Shown here: positions 37,853-48,235 of the stretch, one piece after another
Position numbering within the stretch: position 1 is the stretch's first letter
How the letters are laid out: every line of letters starts with the position of its first letter
Source of the DNA: an uncultured Verrucomicrobiae bacterium
GTDB lineage: Bacteria; Verrucomicrobiota; Verrucomicrobiia; Limisphaerales; Palsa-1400
DNA length: 64,000 bases
Assembly (NCBI GenBank): GCA_963702845.1
Contig: OY969763.1
Location: 1,216,001 to 1,280,000, forward strand
Direction: 5' to 3'
The notes under the pieces: model-generated
What the model was told of the DNA's origin: nothing
Seen by the model: only the letters and a program-made list of their open reading frames with translations
The model's database searches: none
Position numbers and translations under genes: made by a program

Positions 37853-40627
37853 ATGAAGCCGCGATTTCAAGTGCCGCCGGTGGGCGGTGATCGCCTGAAA
37901 GCTCGATTGGGGTGGGGCTTGCAAGACTTGCTGCCCGATCGGGAAGAAGCACTGCGCTTTGCTGATCTTGCTTTTGAAGCGCTACCCACTCCCATTCTGG
38001 TTCTGGATGAAGATTTGTGTGTGCAGAAGGCGAATCGCGCTTTCTACGAAACGTTCCAATTGACACCGGAGCAGACGGAGCACGTACCGCTCAACAAATT
38101 GCCGGGAGGAGATTGGAATGTTGAAGTGTTACAACGGATGCTGCAGCACAGCCTGCCTTGTGACGTGAGCTTCGGTGACTTTGAGGTGGTGCATGAATTT
38201 GAACGCATTGGCCGACGGACGATGCTGGTGGATGCGTGCGTGGTCGCCTTGGAATCTTTAGGCAAGAGATTCATTTTGGTGACGCTGGAGGATTTTTCAG
38301 AATGGCGAGTGCAAGCCGACCAGGCGTTACTCCGACGGGCGTCGTCGGTCGACGCTTCGATGGACGGCATTGCGTTGCACGATGCGAACGAGGCGTTTGT
38401 TTACATGAACCGGGCGCACGCCGAGATGTACGGCTATCAAGATCCAAACGAGCTCATTGGCAAGACGTGGGAGGTGCTTTACGAAGCATCGGAGCTGCTC
38501 CGTTTTCGGGACGAAATCATGCCGCTGTTCAGGGAGACCGGCCATTGGCGCGGTGAAAGCATTGGCAGAAGGAAAGATGGTTCATTGTTCCCGCAAGAAC
38601 TGTCGTTGTCACAGATGCCGACCGGCGGGTTGGTTTGCGTGGTGCGTGACGTTACCGAGCAAAAACGGCGGGAGGACGGTTATGCGCGATTGGCGCAGAT
38701 TGTGGAATGTTCGGCAGACTCGATTATCAGCGTTGATTTCGAAGGAATCATTCGTACCTGGAACAAAGCAGCGGAGAATGTCCACGGCTATACGGGGCAG
38801 GAAATGATTGGAAAACCGTTAACAGCATTGGCGGTGCCCGAACATGTTGCGGCGATGAAAATGCATCTCGAAGCTCCCAAACAGGGGAAAGATGTTTCAT
38901 TCGAAACCAAGCGAATTCGCAAAGACGGGCGGGAAATCGATGTCGCGGTGAAGTTCTCGCCCATTCGTGATTCGAGCGGAAGGCTGGTCGGTGCTTCGAC
39001 AATTGCCCGCGATATCACCGAGCGAAAACGGCACGAGGAGGCAAACGCGCGGTTGGCGGCGATTGTGGAATCCTCAGATGACGCCATCTACAGTACCAAT
39101 TTCAACGAGGTCATAACCAGTTGGAACAAGGGTGCGGAACGGTTGTTTGGTTACTCGTCCGCCGAAGCGGTCGGGAGTAGCGTCATAATTTTGTATCCGC
39201 CCGACATGCATGAGGTCGAACGCGCCAAGCTGGCGACGGTGCCGGGCAAGCAGGTTAAACAGTTTGAAACGGTGCGTCGGTGCAAGGACGGCAGTCTCGT
39301 GGACGTTTCGTTAAATATTACGCCAGTCATAAATCCTCGGGGCGAAGTGATCGGATTATCGAGGACTGCCCGCAACATCGGTGAGCGAAAGCGAGGCGAA
39401 CTGGAGCGAATGCGTGAGAATCGTCGCACCAAATTACTCGCAGACGCCGCCCATGCTTTATTGTCGTTGGAGTCGCCACGAAAGATCGTCCGCAGCATCT
39501 TCGCCCAGATTGGACCGGAGCTCGGGCTCGATGTGTATTTGAATTACCTGGTCGGGCGGTCAGGAGATGTGCTCGAGTTGAATTCTTACGCGGGTGTTCC
39601 GAAGGACGTGGTGAAACAACTGTCGAGGTTGCCGTTTGGGCAACCGACGTGCGGAGTTGTCGCGCAACAGCGGCGAGGGTGGACAGTTTCGCACGTGCAG
39701 GATCGGGATGATCCTGAGTTTGCCTTGTTGCGTCAAAGTGGGGTTCGTGCATACGCGTGCAATCCGTTGATTGCAGGAAAGAAGTTGATTGGGACACTGG
39801 CGTTTGGATCGTCTACGCACGATGAATTCAGCGAGAAAGAGATCAAGTATTTGCAGACGATTTGCGATTTCGTCGCGCTGGCACAGGAACGAGCGTTGCA
39901 TCAACAGACGCTCGAGCGCCGGGTTGAAGAACGCACGGAGAAACTGCAGGAGAGCATCGGTGAACTGGAGGCGTTTGCCTACAGCGTGTCACATGACATG
40001 CGCGCACCGTTGCGCGCGATGCGAAGTTTCGCTCGTATTTTGTTGGTCGACTATCGTCATCAGGTCGACCACGAGGGGACGTTTTACCTCGAGAAGATTA
40101 GTGAAGCCGCCAAGCACATGGACGAACTGATTGAGGATGTGTTGGCGTATACACACATTGTGCGCGCTGAAGTGAAAATCGAGCCGGTGGATCTGGACAA
40201 ACTGGTGTGCCATATCATCGCAACGTATCCGCAATTGACCGCCAACAATGCACGGATCGAGATCGTGGGCGCATTACCTACAGTTCTCGGCAATACGGCC
40301 AGTCTGACGCAGTGCGTCTCCAATTTGCTCACCAACGCGGTGAAGTTCGTCGCGCCGGGAGTTCAGGCAAGAGTTAGAATCCGCGCCGAAAGCGTCGATT
40401 CGAAAGTTCGCGTTTGGTTCGAGGACAATGGTATCGGGATTGACAACAAAATCTTGCACCGCATTTTCGGCATCTTCGAGCGCGGTACCGAAGGGCCTGA
40501 ATACGAAGGCACCGGTATCGGTCTGGCGATCGTCAAAAAAGCGATCGAACGCATCGGTGGCACTGTTGGAGTGAAATCTCAACTTGGAAAAGGAAGTCGC
40601 TTTTGGATCGAACTGCGCAAAGCGTGA
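37853..40627 (+). CDS. Cytoplasmic multi-PAS + GAF sensor histidine kinase
   Basis: Four PAS domains, GAF, H-box YSVSHDMRAPL, N-box NLLTNAVKF, DNGIGI and GTGIGL; no TM segments. Confidence 0.93.
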   Translation: MKPRFQVPPVGGDRLKARLGWGLQDLLPDREEALRFADLAFEALPTPILVLDEDLCVQKANRAFYETFQLTPEQTEHVPLNKLPGGDWNVEVLQRMLQHSLPCDVSFGDFEVVHEFERIGRRTMLVDACVVALESLGKRFILVTLEDFSEWRVQADQALLRRASSVDASMDGIALHDANEAFVYMNRAHAEMYGYQDPNELIGKTWEVLYEASELLRFRDEIMPLFRETGHWRGESIGRRKDGSLFPQELSLSQMPTGGLVCVVRDVTEQKRREDGYARLAQIVECSADSIISVDFEGIIRTWNKAAENVHGYTGQEMIGKPLTALAVPEHVAAMKMHLEAPKQGKDVSFETKRIRKDGREIDVAVKFSPIRDSSGRLVGASTIARDITERKRHEEANARLAAIVESSDDAIYSTNFNEVITSWNKGAERLFGYSSAEAVGSSVIILYPPDMHEVERAKLATVPGKQVKQFETVRRCKDGSLVDVSLNITPVINPRGEVIGLSRTARNIGERKRGELERMRENRRTKLLADAAHALLSLESPRKIVRSIFAQIGPELGLDVYLNYLVGRSGDVLELNSYAGVPKDVVKQLSRLPFGQPTCGVVAQQRRGWTVSHVQDRDDPEFALLRQSGVRAYACNPLIAGKKLIGTLAFGSSTHDEFSEKEIKYLQTICDFVALAQERALHQQTLERRVEERTEKLQESIGELEAFAYSVSHDMRAPLRAMRSFARILLVDYRHQVDHEGTFYLEKISEAAKHMDELIEDVLAYTHIVRAEVKIEPVDLDKLVCHIIATYPQLTANNARIEIVGALPTVLGNTASLTQCVSNLLTNAVKFVAPGVQARVRIRAESVDSKVRVWFEDNGIGIDNKILHRIFGIFERGTEGPEYEGTGIGLAIVKKAIERIGGTVGVKSQLGKGSRFWIELRKA

Positions 40628-40646
40628 ATCCGTTTCACGAGGAAAT

Positions 40647-41147
40647 ATGGAAAGAAACATTTTGTTGGTAGAAGATGAAGACAATGATGTTTTCTTCCTC
40701 AAACGCGCGCTGAATAAAGCAGGAGTGACCGCGATGTTGAATGTCATCCCCGATGGCCAAAAGGCGATCGAGTATTTGGAAGGATTGGGTGATTTTAGCG
40801 ACCGTCACAAATTTCCAATTCCATCGCTTTTGTTACTCGACCTGAAACTGCCGCACGTGATGGGATTGGAAGTGCTGCAATGGATCCGCAGCCAGCCCGA
40901 GTACCGCCAGTTAATCGTCCTGATTTTGTCGTCGTCGCGTTTGCAAAGAGATATCGACGAAGCTTACCGAATTGGCGCCAATGGCTATCTTGTTAAACCT
41001 TCTACGCCCGAAGAGATGGTCGACATTGTGCAATCCATCAAGCAGTTCTGGTTCGAACATAACCAGCTACCATCCATTTGCCAGCCGGAGGTGAAGTTGC
41101 AAGCTTCGGTGTTAGCTCACAGTGTGGAGGCTTCGTCCGGTGCTTGA
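40647..41147 (+). CDS. Single-domain response regulator (Rcp1-like)
   Basis: ILLVEDEDND, LLLLDLKLP, LSSS and GANGYLVKP. Confidence 0.92.
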   Translation: MERNILLVEDEDNDVFFLKRALNKAGVTAMLNVIPDGQKAIEYLEGLGDFSDRHKFPIPSLLLLDLKLPHVMGLEVLQWIRSQPEYRQLIVLILSSSRLQRDIDEAYRIGANGYLVKPSTPEEMVDIVQSIKQFWFEHNQLPSICQPEVKLQASVLAHSVEASSGA

Positions 41148-41180
41148 TGAAACGAGCGGTGCGGGTTACAACCATGCGCA

Positions 41181-41933
41181 GTGATTGAGGTTTCGCACCT
41201 GGTAAAAAAGTTTGGGACGTTAACAGCCGTTAATGACGTGAGCTTGTCCGTCAAGCGTGGGCAGTTTTTTGCCGTGCTCGGACCGAACGCCGCGGGAAAA
41301 ACAACGCTCATCAAAATGCTCGCCGGATTGCTCAAGCCGACGTCGGGCTACGCCAAAATCGCCGGTTACGATGTGCAGACAGATCCGCTGGAAGCGCGGC
41401 GGCGATTGGCCTACGTGCCGGATTTTCCTTTTCTCTACGACAAGTTGACAGCTTGGGAATTTTTTCGCTTCATCGGCCAGATTTTCCAGATGAGCGAAGC
41501 GCGGATTCAGGCGTCCAGCCGGGAGCTGATTTCGAGGTTTGGTCTCGAAGCGTTTTTGGAAAAGCCAATTGAAGGGCTTTCGCATGGCACACGACAGCGC
41601 GTCGCCATCGCGTCGGCGCTGATGCATGACCCCGAGGTGTTTGTTATCGACGAACCGATGGTTGGGCTCGACCCGCATCATGCGCGCGTCGTGAAGGACA
41701 TTTTAAAGGAACGTACGTTGAAGGGGATGACCGTGTTTCTTTCCACGCACCAATTGTATGTTGCCGAAGAAATGGCGGACCAAATTGGAATCATGCACGA
41801 GGGAAAATTGATCGCATTAGGGACGGCGGACGAACTGAGGAAAAGGGCAGGCGAAAAAGGGTTGGAGCAGGTGTTCTTGACGTTGACGGCGAAAACCGCT
41901 GAACCAACCGAAGCGGAGAAGGTTAAAAAATAA
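41181..41933 (+). CDS. ABC transporter ATP-binding protein
   Basis: GPNAAGKTT, LSHGTRQR, IDEPMVGLDP and STH. Confidence 0.92.
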   Translation: MIEVSHLVKKFGTLTAVNDVSLSVKRGQFFAVLGPNAAGKTTLIKMLAGLLKPTSGYAKIAGYDVQTDPLEARRRLAYVPDFPFLYDKLTAWEFFRFIGQIFQMSEARIQASSRELISRFGLEAFLEKPIEGLSHGTRQRVAIASALMHDPEVFVIDEPMVGLDPHHARVVKDILKERTLKGMTVFLSTHQLYVAEEMADQIGIMHEGKLIALGTADELRKRAGEKGLEQVFLTLTAKTAEPTEAEKVKK

Positions 41934-41942
41934 GCGTCGACG

Positions 41943-42581
41943 CTAATCGGGATACTTGTCGTTCTTGATTGCAGCCCGCAGGTCGGTGCTCAGTGTCAGT
42001 CCGGCGGGTGGGCCTGCTAGATAAATGACACCGGGAATCTTTTGCACTTCGGGCAATGTTGTTTCGAGATTGAGCCATTCGAGGGTGACCGGAATTTCTT
42101 CAAACTGAACGCGGTTCGGCCGAGAGGCCAACATCCACAGGAGCGCAGCGCAACTGTGTGTGTCTTGCTGTCCGGTGATGCGAGCTTTGCGGAACGATTC
42201 GATGGCCCAACTTAACAACCGCGGACCAGTGAACAAAACCCAGCAGATAATGGCGAATACGATTTTGTAGCGAAGGAAAAGGATTTCAATAACGCCGTCG
42301 GGCGAGTTGTCTTCCCAATGATTTCTTTTGCGCCGTTCGCCCATCAGGTAATTGCCAAGAAACAGGAGCGGTATGCACGCGAGGGCGATCCAAAAAGCAG
42401 CCGTTCGCGGTCGACCATAGCGATCAGTGGTAAACATGGCGACAATGAGGAGCAGGAGCAGGAAACCGACAATGAGGCCGAGCGGAAACAGAACTAGTGC
42501 GAGAATTCCGCACAGTCGGTTCTTTGAGATGACCTTGGCGTTGTAGCGATCGAGCCATCCTTTGATGTAGTCAAAGTCCAT
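41943..42581 (-). CDS. Hypothetical membrane protein
   Basis: 212-aa ORF with three hydrophobic segments. Confidence 0.65.
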   Translation of the reverse strand: MDFDYIKGWLDRYNAKVISKNRLCGILALVLFPLGLIVGFLLLLLIVAMFTTDRYGRPRTAAFWIALACIPLLFLGNYLMGERRKRNHWEDNSPDGVIEILFLRYKIVFAIICWVLFTGPRLLSWAIESFRKARITGQQDTHSCAALLWMLASRPNRVQFEEIPVTLEWLNLETTLPEVQKIPGVIYLAGPPAGLTLSTDLRAAIKNDKYPD

Positions 42582-42641
42582 TCGATTTGTTCTTTCGTGA
42601 TTTCGGTTGTTTGAACCAATGCACGGAGCGACGCGCTCTGC

Positions 42642-43658
42642 CTATAACAGACGCGACTGGTTGCCGCCCATTTTCAGGCCCAGTTTGCGATAGCTCAGTT
42701 CGGTGGCGACACGACCCTGTGATGTGCGGTTGAGGTAACCTTCCATGATTAGAAACGGCTCGTAGACTTCTTCGAGGGTGTCGGGTTCTTCGCCTACCGC
42801 GACTGCCAATGAACCGACTCCGACGGGGCCACCGCTGAATTTTGTAATGATGGTTTCGAGAATGCGTTTGTCCATTTCGTCGAGGCCATTTTGGTCGATG
42901 GCGAGCATGGCCAACGCCTTGTCGGCGATGTCACCGGTGATGTGGCCGTCGCCTTTGACTTGAGCGTAATCGCGGACGCGACGCAGAAGATTGTTGGCAA
43001 TGCGCGGCGTGCCGCGGCTGCGTCTCGCGATTTCTAACGCTCCCTTTTCGTCGATTTGGATGTTGAGGAGGTTGGCGGAGCGGGTGACGATTGTTTGGAG
43101 GTTGTCGGATTGATAATAGTTCAGGCGCTCGCGAATCGGAAAACGAGTGAGCAGGGGAGCCGTGAGCAAACCGCTGCGAGTCGTTGCTGCGACGAGCGTG
43201 AACTTCGGCAGGTTGAGACGAACGCTGCGAGCATTCGGGCCCTGGTCGATGATGATATCGAGTTTGAAATCCTCCATCGCGGGATAGAGGTATTCTTCGA
43301 TGGTCTTTTGCAAACGATGGATTTCATCGATGAAGAGAACGTCTCCTTCTTCGAGATTCGTCAGAAGTCCGGCGAGGTCACCGGCTTTCTCAATCGTCGG
43401 CCCGCTGGTGCACTTGATATTTGTACCCATCGCTTTGGCGATAATGTAGGCGAGGGTCGTTTTCCCGAGGCCGGGTGGACCGCTAAATAGGATATGGTCG
43501 ATGGCTTCGCCGCGTTGCTTGGCGGCTTGAACTGCAATTTCGAGGCGCTCTTTAACTTGCGGTTGGCCGGTGAAATCCGAGAAGAGCGACGGGCGCAGCG
43601 TCATTTCCAAAGCCGCATCGGGCTTGATAAGAACATCGGAAATGATTCGGTCGGCCAT
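42642..43658 (-). CDS. ruvB: Holliday junction branch migration helicase RuvB
   Basis: LRPS...[42 protein letters not shown] and EEVYEPFL. Confidence 0.98.
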   Translation of the reverse strand: MADRIISDVLIKPDAALEMTLRPSLFSDFTGQPQVKERLEIAVQAAKQRGEAIDHILFSGPPGLGKTTLAYIIAKAMGTNIKCTSGPTIEKAGDLAGLLTNLEEGDVLFIDEIHRLQKTIEEYLYPAMEDFKLDIIIDQGPNARSVRLNLPKFTLVAATTRSGLLTAPLLTRFPIRERLNYYQSDNLQTIVTRSANLLNIQIDEKGALEIARRSRGTPRIANNLLRRVRDYAQVKGDGHITGDIADKALAMLAIDQNGLDEMDKRILETIITKFSGGPVGVGSLAVAVGEEPDTLEEVYEPFLIMEGYLNRTSQGRVATELSYRKLGLKMGGNQSRLL

Positions 43659-43797
43659 TGAATGCAGCATGCGGGAAGTTGCCGCGAAGCGACAAGGAAA
43701 ATTGCTCTACGCTGCGTCGCGATTGCAAAAACGTATGACGTTACGGAGCGTTGTTGCCACTGGTCTTTCAACTCAAATCGGTTACTGTTCAGCGCCA

Positions 43798-44577
43798 ATG
43801 GATTTGAAGATAAAGCTGATTTCGACGGACTTCGATGGGACCCTTTTCGCAGAATTCGAAAACCCTCCAATTCCGGTTCATCTGCAAGAGTTAATTGCTG
43901 GTTTTCAGAAACGCGGTGGCAAATGGGTCATCAATACCGGTCGCGAAATGTCGAGCCTGATGGAAGCCTTAGCGCGAGCGCAGGTGAAAGTGAGGCCTGA
44001 TCACCTTGTTTTGGTGGAGCGCGAGATTTATCATCATCACGAGGCGCAATACGTTGAGCATCACTCGTGGAACGCGGAATGTAACCGCGCCCATGCCGAA
44101 CTCTTCACGCGCGTGCGGAAGGATGTTCCGCATTTGACGGACTGGGTGAACAAGCGTTTTGCAAACGCTACGATCTATGAGGATCTATACTCGCCATTCT
44201 GCTTTATTGCCGGCGCAACCAACCACGCGGAGCAAATCCACGAGTTTCTCGACGAGTATTGTAAAACGGTGCCGCACCTAGCGGTCGTCCGAAATGATGT
44301 TTACGCCCGATTCTCGCACGAGGCCTATAATAAAGGCACCGCTTTGGCGGAGTTAACCCGGCAATTGGGTATTCAGGCCGACGAAATCCTGGCGGCGGGG
44401 GATCATCTCAATGATATCCCAATGTTGAAGGGGCAATATGCGAAATGGCTCGTCGCGCCGTCCAATGCCATCGATGTGGTCAAAACAGCCGTCCGGAAGC
44501 AAAATGGGCACGTGAGCGAGCTGCACGCCGGTCACGGGGTGGCCGAGGGGATCGCGCGGTTCCTCGGTAACGGCTGA
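43798..44577 (+). CDS. HAD-superfamily (IIB/Cof-like) hydrolase
   Basis: STDFDGT, NTGR, NKG and GDHLNDIPML. Confidence 0.88.
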   Translation: MDLKIKLISTDFDGTLFAEFENPPIPVHLQELIAGFQKRGGKWVINTGREMSSLMEALARAQVKVRPDHLVLVEREIYHHHEAQYVEHHSWNAECNRAHAELFTRVRKDVPHLTDWVNKRFANATIYEDLYSPFCFIAGATNHAEQIHEFLDEYCKTVPHLAVVRNDVYARFSHEAYNKGTALAELTRQLGIQADEILAAGDHLNDIPMLKGQYAKWLVAPSNAIDVVKTAVRKQNGHVSELHAGHGVAEGIARFLGNG

Positions 44578-44721
44578 GTATCAGCAGGAGAGATAATGTT
44601 GGGTTAAGTGGGTTAGTGATAAAATAAGAATGCCTTATACATTTGGGCGCCTTTCTTGACCGCTATCATCATTTTTGCCTAAGTCTTTTTGTGTCAATGG
44701 CCTACGTATTGGGTTCACTAT

Positions 44722-44750
44722 TTGACATTCTTATGCACGCCTGATAGTCT
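44722..44750 (+). promoter_or_regulatory. sigma70 promoter upstream of korAB
   Basis: TTGACA-17 nt-TAGTCT with an extended -10 TG. Confidence 0.55.
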
Positions 44751-44853
44751 GCTAGTTGCAATCGCTGACCCATGTTTGGGTCGGGGTTGACCGCAGAAAA
44801 GGAGCCTGACTGAGCACGGCAAATTTCCCGCGGCAAAAATTTATAAAAACAAC

Positions 44854-46674
44854 ATGAGCGAATCTACAATTTCAGCCGCTGTTTCGAACGGCAACGGCTC
44901 GCCCCAGGTCTCGAAGATCACTGAGGCTGTTATCCGTTTCGCGGGCAACTCACAGGATGGTATTCAAGCCATCGGCGGTTTTCTGGCGCGGTTGGCCGGA
45001 CGCAGTGAACAGGAAGTCATGACTTTCATGACCATTCCGTCGACGATTTCAGGCGGTCCTTCCATCTTCCAGGTGCGCATTGGTTCTGGCGAAGTGCTCA
45101 GCGCCGGTGATGAAGCTGACGTGCTGTTTGCGTTTTATCAACATTCGTACGAGGACCACATCAATTCGTTGAAGAAGGGTGGCATCGTCGTCATTGATTC
45201 CGACCACGTCACCGCAAATCCGGAATTCGAAAAAGAATTCCGTCATGTGCCAATTCCGATTTCGAGCCGCACGATTGAAGCGATCGGTGGAACGGCGAAG
45301 GACAAAGGTAAAAACCTGTTCGCGCTGGGTCTGGTTGCGAAGATGTTCGATTTGAATTTGCCGAAAATTGAAAAGCTGATTTCGGAGCGTTTCACCGGCA
45401 AAGACGAAAGCGTGATGAAGAACGCGTTGATGGCGTTCCATGCCGGTTACGGTTTCTCGGTGGGGCATCTAATTCAAAGCTTCCAATTCGCGGAAGCGCA
45501 GAAGAAGGGCACGACGCAGGTCGTGATGAACGGCAACGAAGCGCTTGGTTTCGGCTTGATTGCCGCGGGCGTGCGTTTTGGCGCGGCTTATCCGATTACA
45601 CCATGGTCCGACATCATGGAATTGCTCCGCCGTGAGTTGCCGAAATACGGCGGCACCTTCGTCCAATGTGAAGATGAAATCGCGTCGATTTCGATGGCCA
45701 TTGGTGCAAGCTATTCAGGACGCGTGGCGGTGACGGGATCGAGCGGCCCTGGTATTGCGCTGAAAACCGAAGCAATCGGTTGGGCGGTCATGGCGGAAGT
45801 GCCGTTGATCGTCTGCAACGTTCAACGTGGCGGCCCGTCGACGGGTATGCCGACGAGCGTCGAACAATCTGATTTGAATCTGGCGGTATACGGTGGTCAC
45901 GGTGATTGCCCGCGCGTGGTTGTCGCGCCGACGAGCGTGAAGGATTGTTTCTACCTTGCGATCGAAGCGGTGAACATCGCGCGCAAATATAATGTGCCGG
46001 TCATCATTTTGAGCGATCAGGCAATTGCCACTCGCATTGAAGCTTTTGAAGAGCCGAAGCTGAAAGATCTCTGTCAGGATATCACGCCGGATTTATCGCC
46101 GGTCCAGGATTATGTCCCGTATAGCCTCGGCGGCGTCACAACGCGAGTTGTGCCGGGCACGCGCATCGAGAGCGGAAAATATCCGATTGCTACTGGTCTC
46201 GAACACGACGAAATGGGCCACCCGACCGGCTCCCCGAAACTGCACATGCAGATGACGGGTCGCCGTCGTATGAAACTGCAACGGCTCGCCGCTGAATTGC
46301 CGACGCCGCAAGTTTATGGGCCGCCTGAAGGTAATATCCTCTTGGTCGGTTGGGGTTCAACGCTCGGTCCGATTCGCGAAGCCGTGGATCGTGCTCGCGC
46401 CGCTGGTGACAGCGTTTCGTCGTTGCACATTCGCAACATCAGCCCGCTGCCGAATGGCCTCGAAAATGTTTTCGCAGGGTTCAACAATGTGTTCGTCGTT
46501 GAGATGAACGACGAAGGTTTGTATGGCTATGGCCAGCTCTGCGGATTGCTGCGTGCGCGCTTCTGCGATCCGAAGATTCGCGGGCTCACCAAGACCGATG
46601 GTTTAACCTTCCGCGTGCGCGAAATTCTCGAGCGCGTGAAGACCGACGTTGCGACTGGTTTGCGCAAAATGTAA
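44854..46674 (+). CDS. korA: 2-oxoacid:ferredoxin oxidoreductase alpha subunit (gamma-alpha fusion)
   Basis: AYPITP, EDEIAS, SSGPGIALKTE, VQRGGPSTGMPT..EQSDL and VVEMN. Confidence 0.92.
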   Translation: MSESTISAAVSNGNGSPQVSKITEAVIRFAGNSQDGIQAIGGFLARLAGRSEQEVMTFMTIPSTISGGPSIFQVRIGSGEVLSAGDEADVLFAFYQHSYEDHINSLKKGGIVVIDSDHVTANPEFEKEFRHVPIPISSRTIEAIGGTAKDKGKNLFALGLVAKMFDLNLPKIEKLISERFTGKDESVMKNALMAFHAGYGFSVGHLIQSFQFAEAQKKGTTQVVMNGNEALGFGLIAAGVRFGAAYPITPWSDIMELLRRELPKYGGTFVQCEDEIASISMAIGASYSGRVAVTGSSGPGIALKTEAIGWAVMAEVPLIVCNVQRGGPSTGMPTSVEQSDLNLAVYGGHGDCPRVVVAPTSVKDCFYLAIEAVNIARKYNVPVIILSDQAIATRIEAFEEPKLKDLCQDITPDLSPVQDYVPYSLGGVTTRVVPGTRIESGKYPIATGLEHDEMGHPTGSPKLHMQMTGRRRMKLQRLAAELPTPQVYGPPEGNILLVGWGSTLGPIREAVDRARAAGDSVSSLHIRNISPLPNGLENVFAGFNNVFVVEMNDEGLYGYGQLCGLLRARFCDPKIRGLTKTDGLTFRVREILERVKTDVATGLRKM

Positions 46675-46693
46675 CAACAAATTTCGTACTTAT

Positions 46694-47650
46694 ATGAGTG
46701 AACAAACAATTGGAATTCCTGCCCGTGGCAACATCACGGCGCCGGTCACGACTCCAGCCACTGTCCTGCCGGCCGGTGAGCGCAAGGGTTTGACCAAAAA
46801 AGAAATCGCTGCCGACCATCCGACGTGGTGCCCTGGCTGCGGTGACTTCTCCGTTCTCGCGCTTTATTTCAAGCTGATTGAAAAGCGCAAGATATGGCAT
46901 GAAAAAATCACGACGGTTGCCGGCATCGGTTGCTCGAGCCGTTTTCCGTATTTCGTGCAAGCGCATGGTGCCCACTACATCCACGGTCGCGCATTGCCGT
47001 TTGCCAGTGGTGTTTCGCTGAGCCGGCCTGACCTGCACGTGTTCGTGTTCGGTGGTGACGGCGATGCTTTCTCGATCGGTGGCAATCACGTCAATCACAC
47101 CGCGCGTAAGAACATCAAAATGACTTACGTGATCATGGACAACTGGGTCTACGGCTTGACGAAGAAACAGACTTCGCCAACGTCGCCGCTCGGTTTCAAG
47201 AGTAAGACGGATATTTGGGGCGCGGTTGATCAACCGATCAATCCGATGAAGCAATTGATCTCCGCTGGTGCAACGTTCGTCGCCCGCGCGACGCACACCA
47301 ATCCAAACCATCTGTTGCAAATGATGGAAGCGGCCATGGATCACGACGGCTTCAGCGTCATTGAATGCTTGAGCGAATGCGTTGAGTTTTACGAAGGCGC
47401 GTTCGATGCATCGAACCCGCGCAAAGGCGGCAAGTTTGAAACCGTTCCCGCTGACCATGACGTCACAGACGAGGTCGCGGCTTATAAGCTGGCCGACGCA
47501 AAGTTCCCCGGTTACTTCGGCATTTTCTACAAGAACAATCGCCCGACAAAAAATGCGCTCGAAGCGAAACTGAATGCGACCTTCCAAGAGAAGGTGAAGG
47601 GCAAACAGGATTGGGAAATTCTGCAGGCGTCATTCAGCCGTATGAAATAG
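46694..47650 (+). CDS. korB: 2-oxoacid:ferredoxin oxidoreductase beta subunit
   Basis: WCPGCGD, GIGCSSR, HGRALP, and TPP motif GGDGD...DN.VYGLTK.QTSPT. Confidence 0.93.
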   Translation: MSEQTIGIPARGNITAPVTTPATVLPAGERKGLTKKEIAADHPTWCPGCGDFSVLALYFKLIEKRKIWHEKITTVAGIGCSSRFPYFVQAHGAHYIHGRALPFASGVSLSRPDLHVFVFGGDGDAFSIGGNHVNHTARKNIKMTYVIMDNWVYGLTKKQTSPTSPLGFKSKTDIWGAVDQPINPMKQLISAGATFVARATHTNPNHLLQMMEAAMDHDGFSVIECLSECVEFYEGAFDASNPRKGGKFETVPADHDVTDEVAAYKLADAKFPGYFGIFYKNNRPTKNALEAKLNATFQEKVKGKQDWEILQASFSRMK

Positions 47651-47727
47651 GGCGCTAACCTATTTACTGGCCGCGCTTGCGGCTTTACGATTTTGGCGAG
47701 TGTTGGAAACGACGCTCGCCAAATTTT

Positions 47728-48225
47728 ATGCCGATATACGAATTTGCCTGTCCTGATTGCCGGAAGATTTTCAGTTTTCTTTCGAAGACGATGAATCCGT
47801 CGCGGATGCCCACGTGCCCGAAGTGCGGCAACAAAAAGTTGGTCAAACAGCTCAGCACTTTTGCGATGACGCACGGCGGTAAAGAGTCCACTGGCGAAGC
47901 TGAAGGCGTCGGATCGATGCCGGAGTTGGATGATCCACGTGTCGAACGCGCGATGTCCGAGCTCGAACGCGACATGGAACATATGGATGAAAATAATCCG
48001 CGACACATGGCGCATCTGATGAAGAAGATGAAAGAGGTGATGCCGCCGGGGACGATGCCCAAGGAAATGGACATCGCGATTAAGCGGCTGGAAGCGGGCG
48101 AAGACCCGGAGAAGATCGAGGCGGATATGGGCGATGTGTTTGGCGATCTTCTCGATAGTGAAGTAGGCCAGGCCGGAGGAGCAGGGAGCTCCTACTCTCG
48201 CGACAGCGGGTTGTATGACTATTAG
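47728..48225 (+). CDS. FmdB-family zinc-ribbon protein with acidic C-terminal extension
   Basis: MPIYEFACPDC...CPKCG. Confidence 0.85.
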   Translation: MPIYEFACPDCRKIFSFLSKTMNPSRMPTCPKCGNKKLVKQLSTFAMTHGGKESTGEAEGVGSMPELDDPRVERAMSELERDMEHMDENNPRHMAHLMKKMKEVMPPGTMPKEMDIAIKRLEAGEDPEKIEADMGDVFGDLLDSEVGQAGGAGSSYSRDSGLYDY

Positions 48226-48235
48226 TTAATTATCC

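Noticed and set aside
44656..44669. FNR-like TTGAC-N4-ATCAT upstream of korAB
   Set aside because: Two mismatches in the 10-bp core and position not typical relative to the predicted promoter; insufficient on its own.
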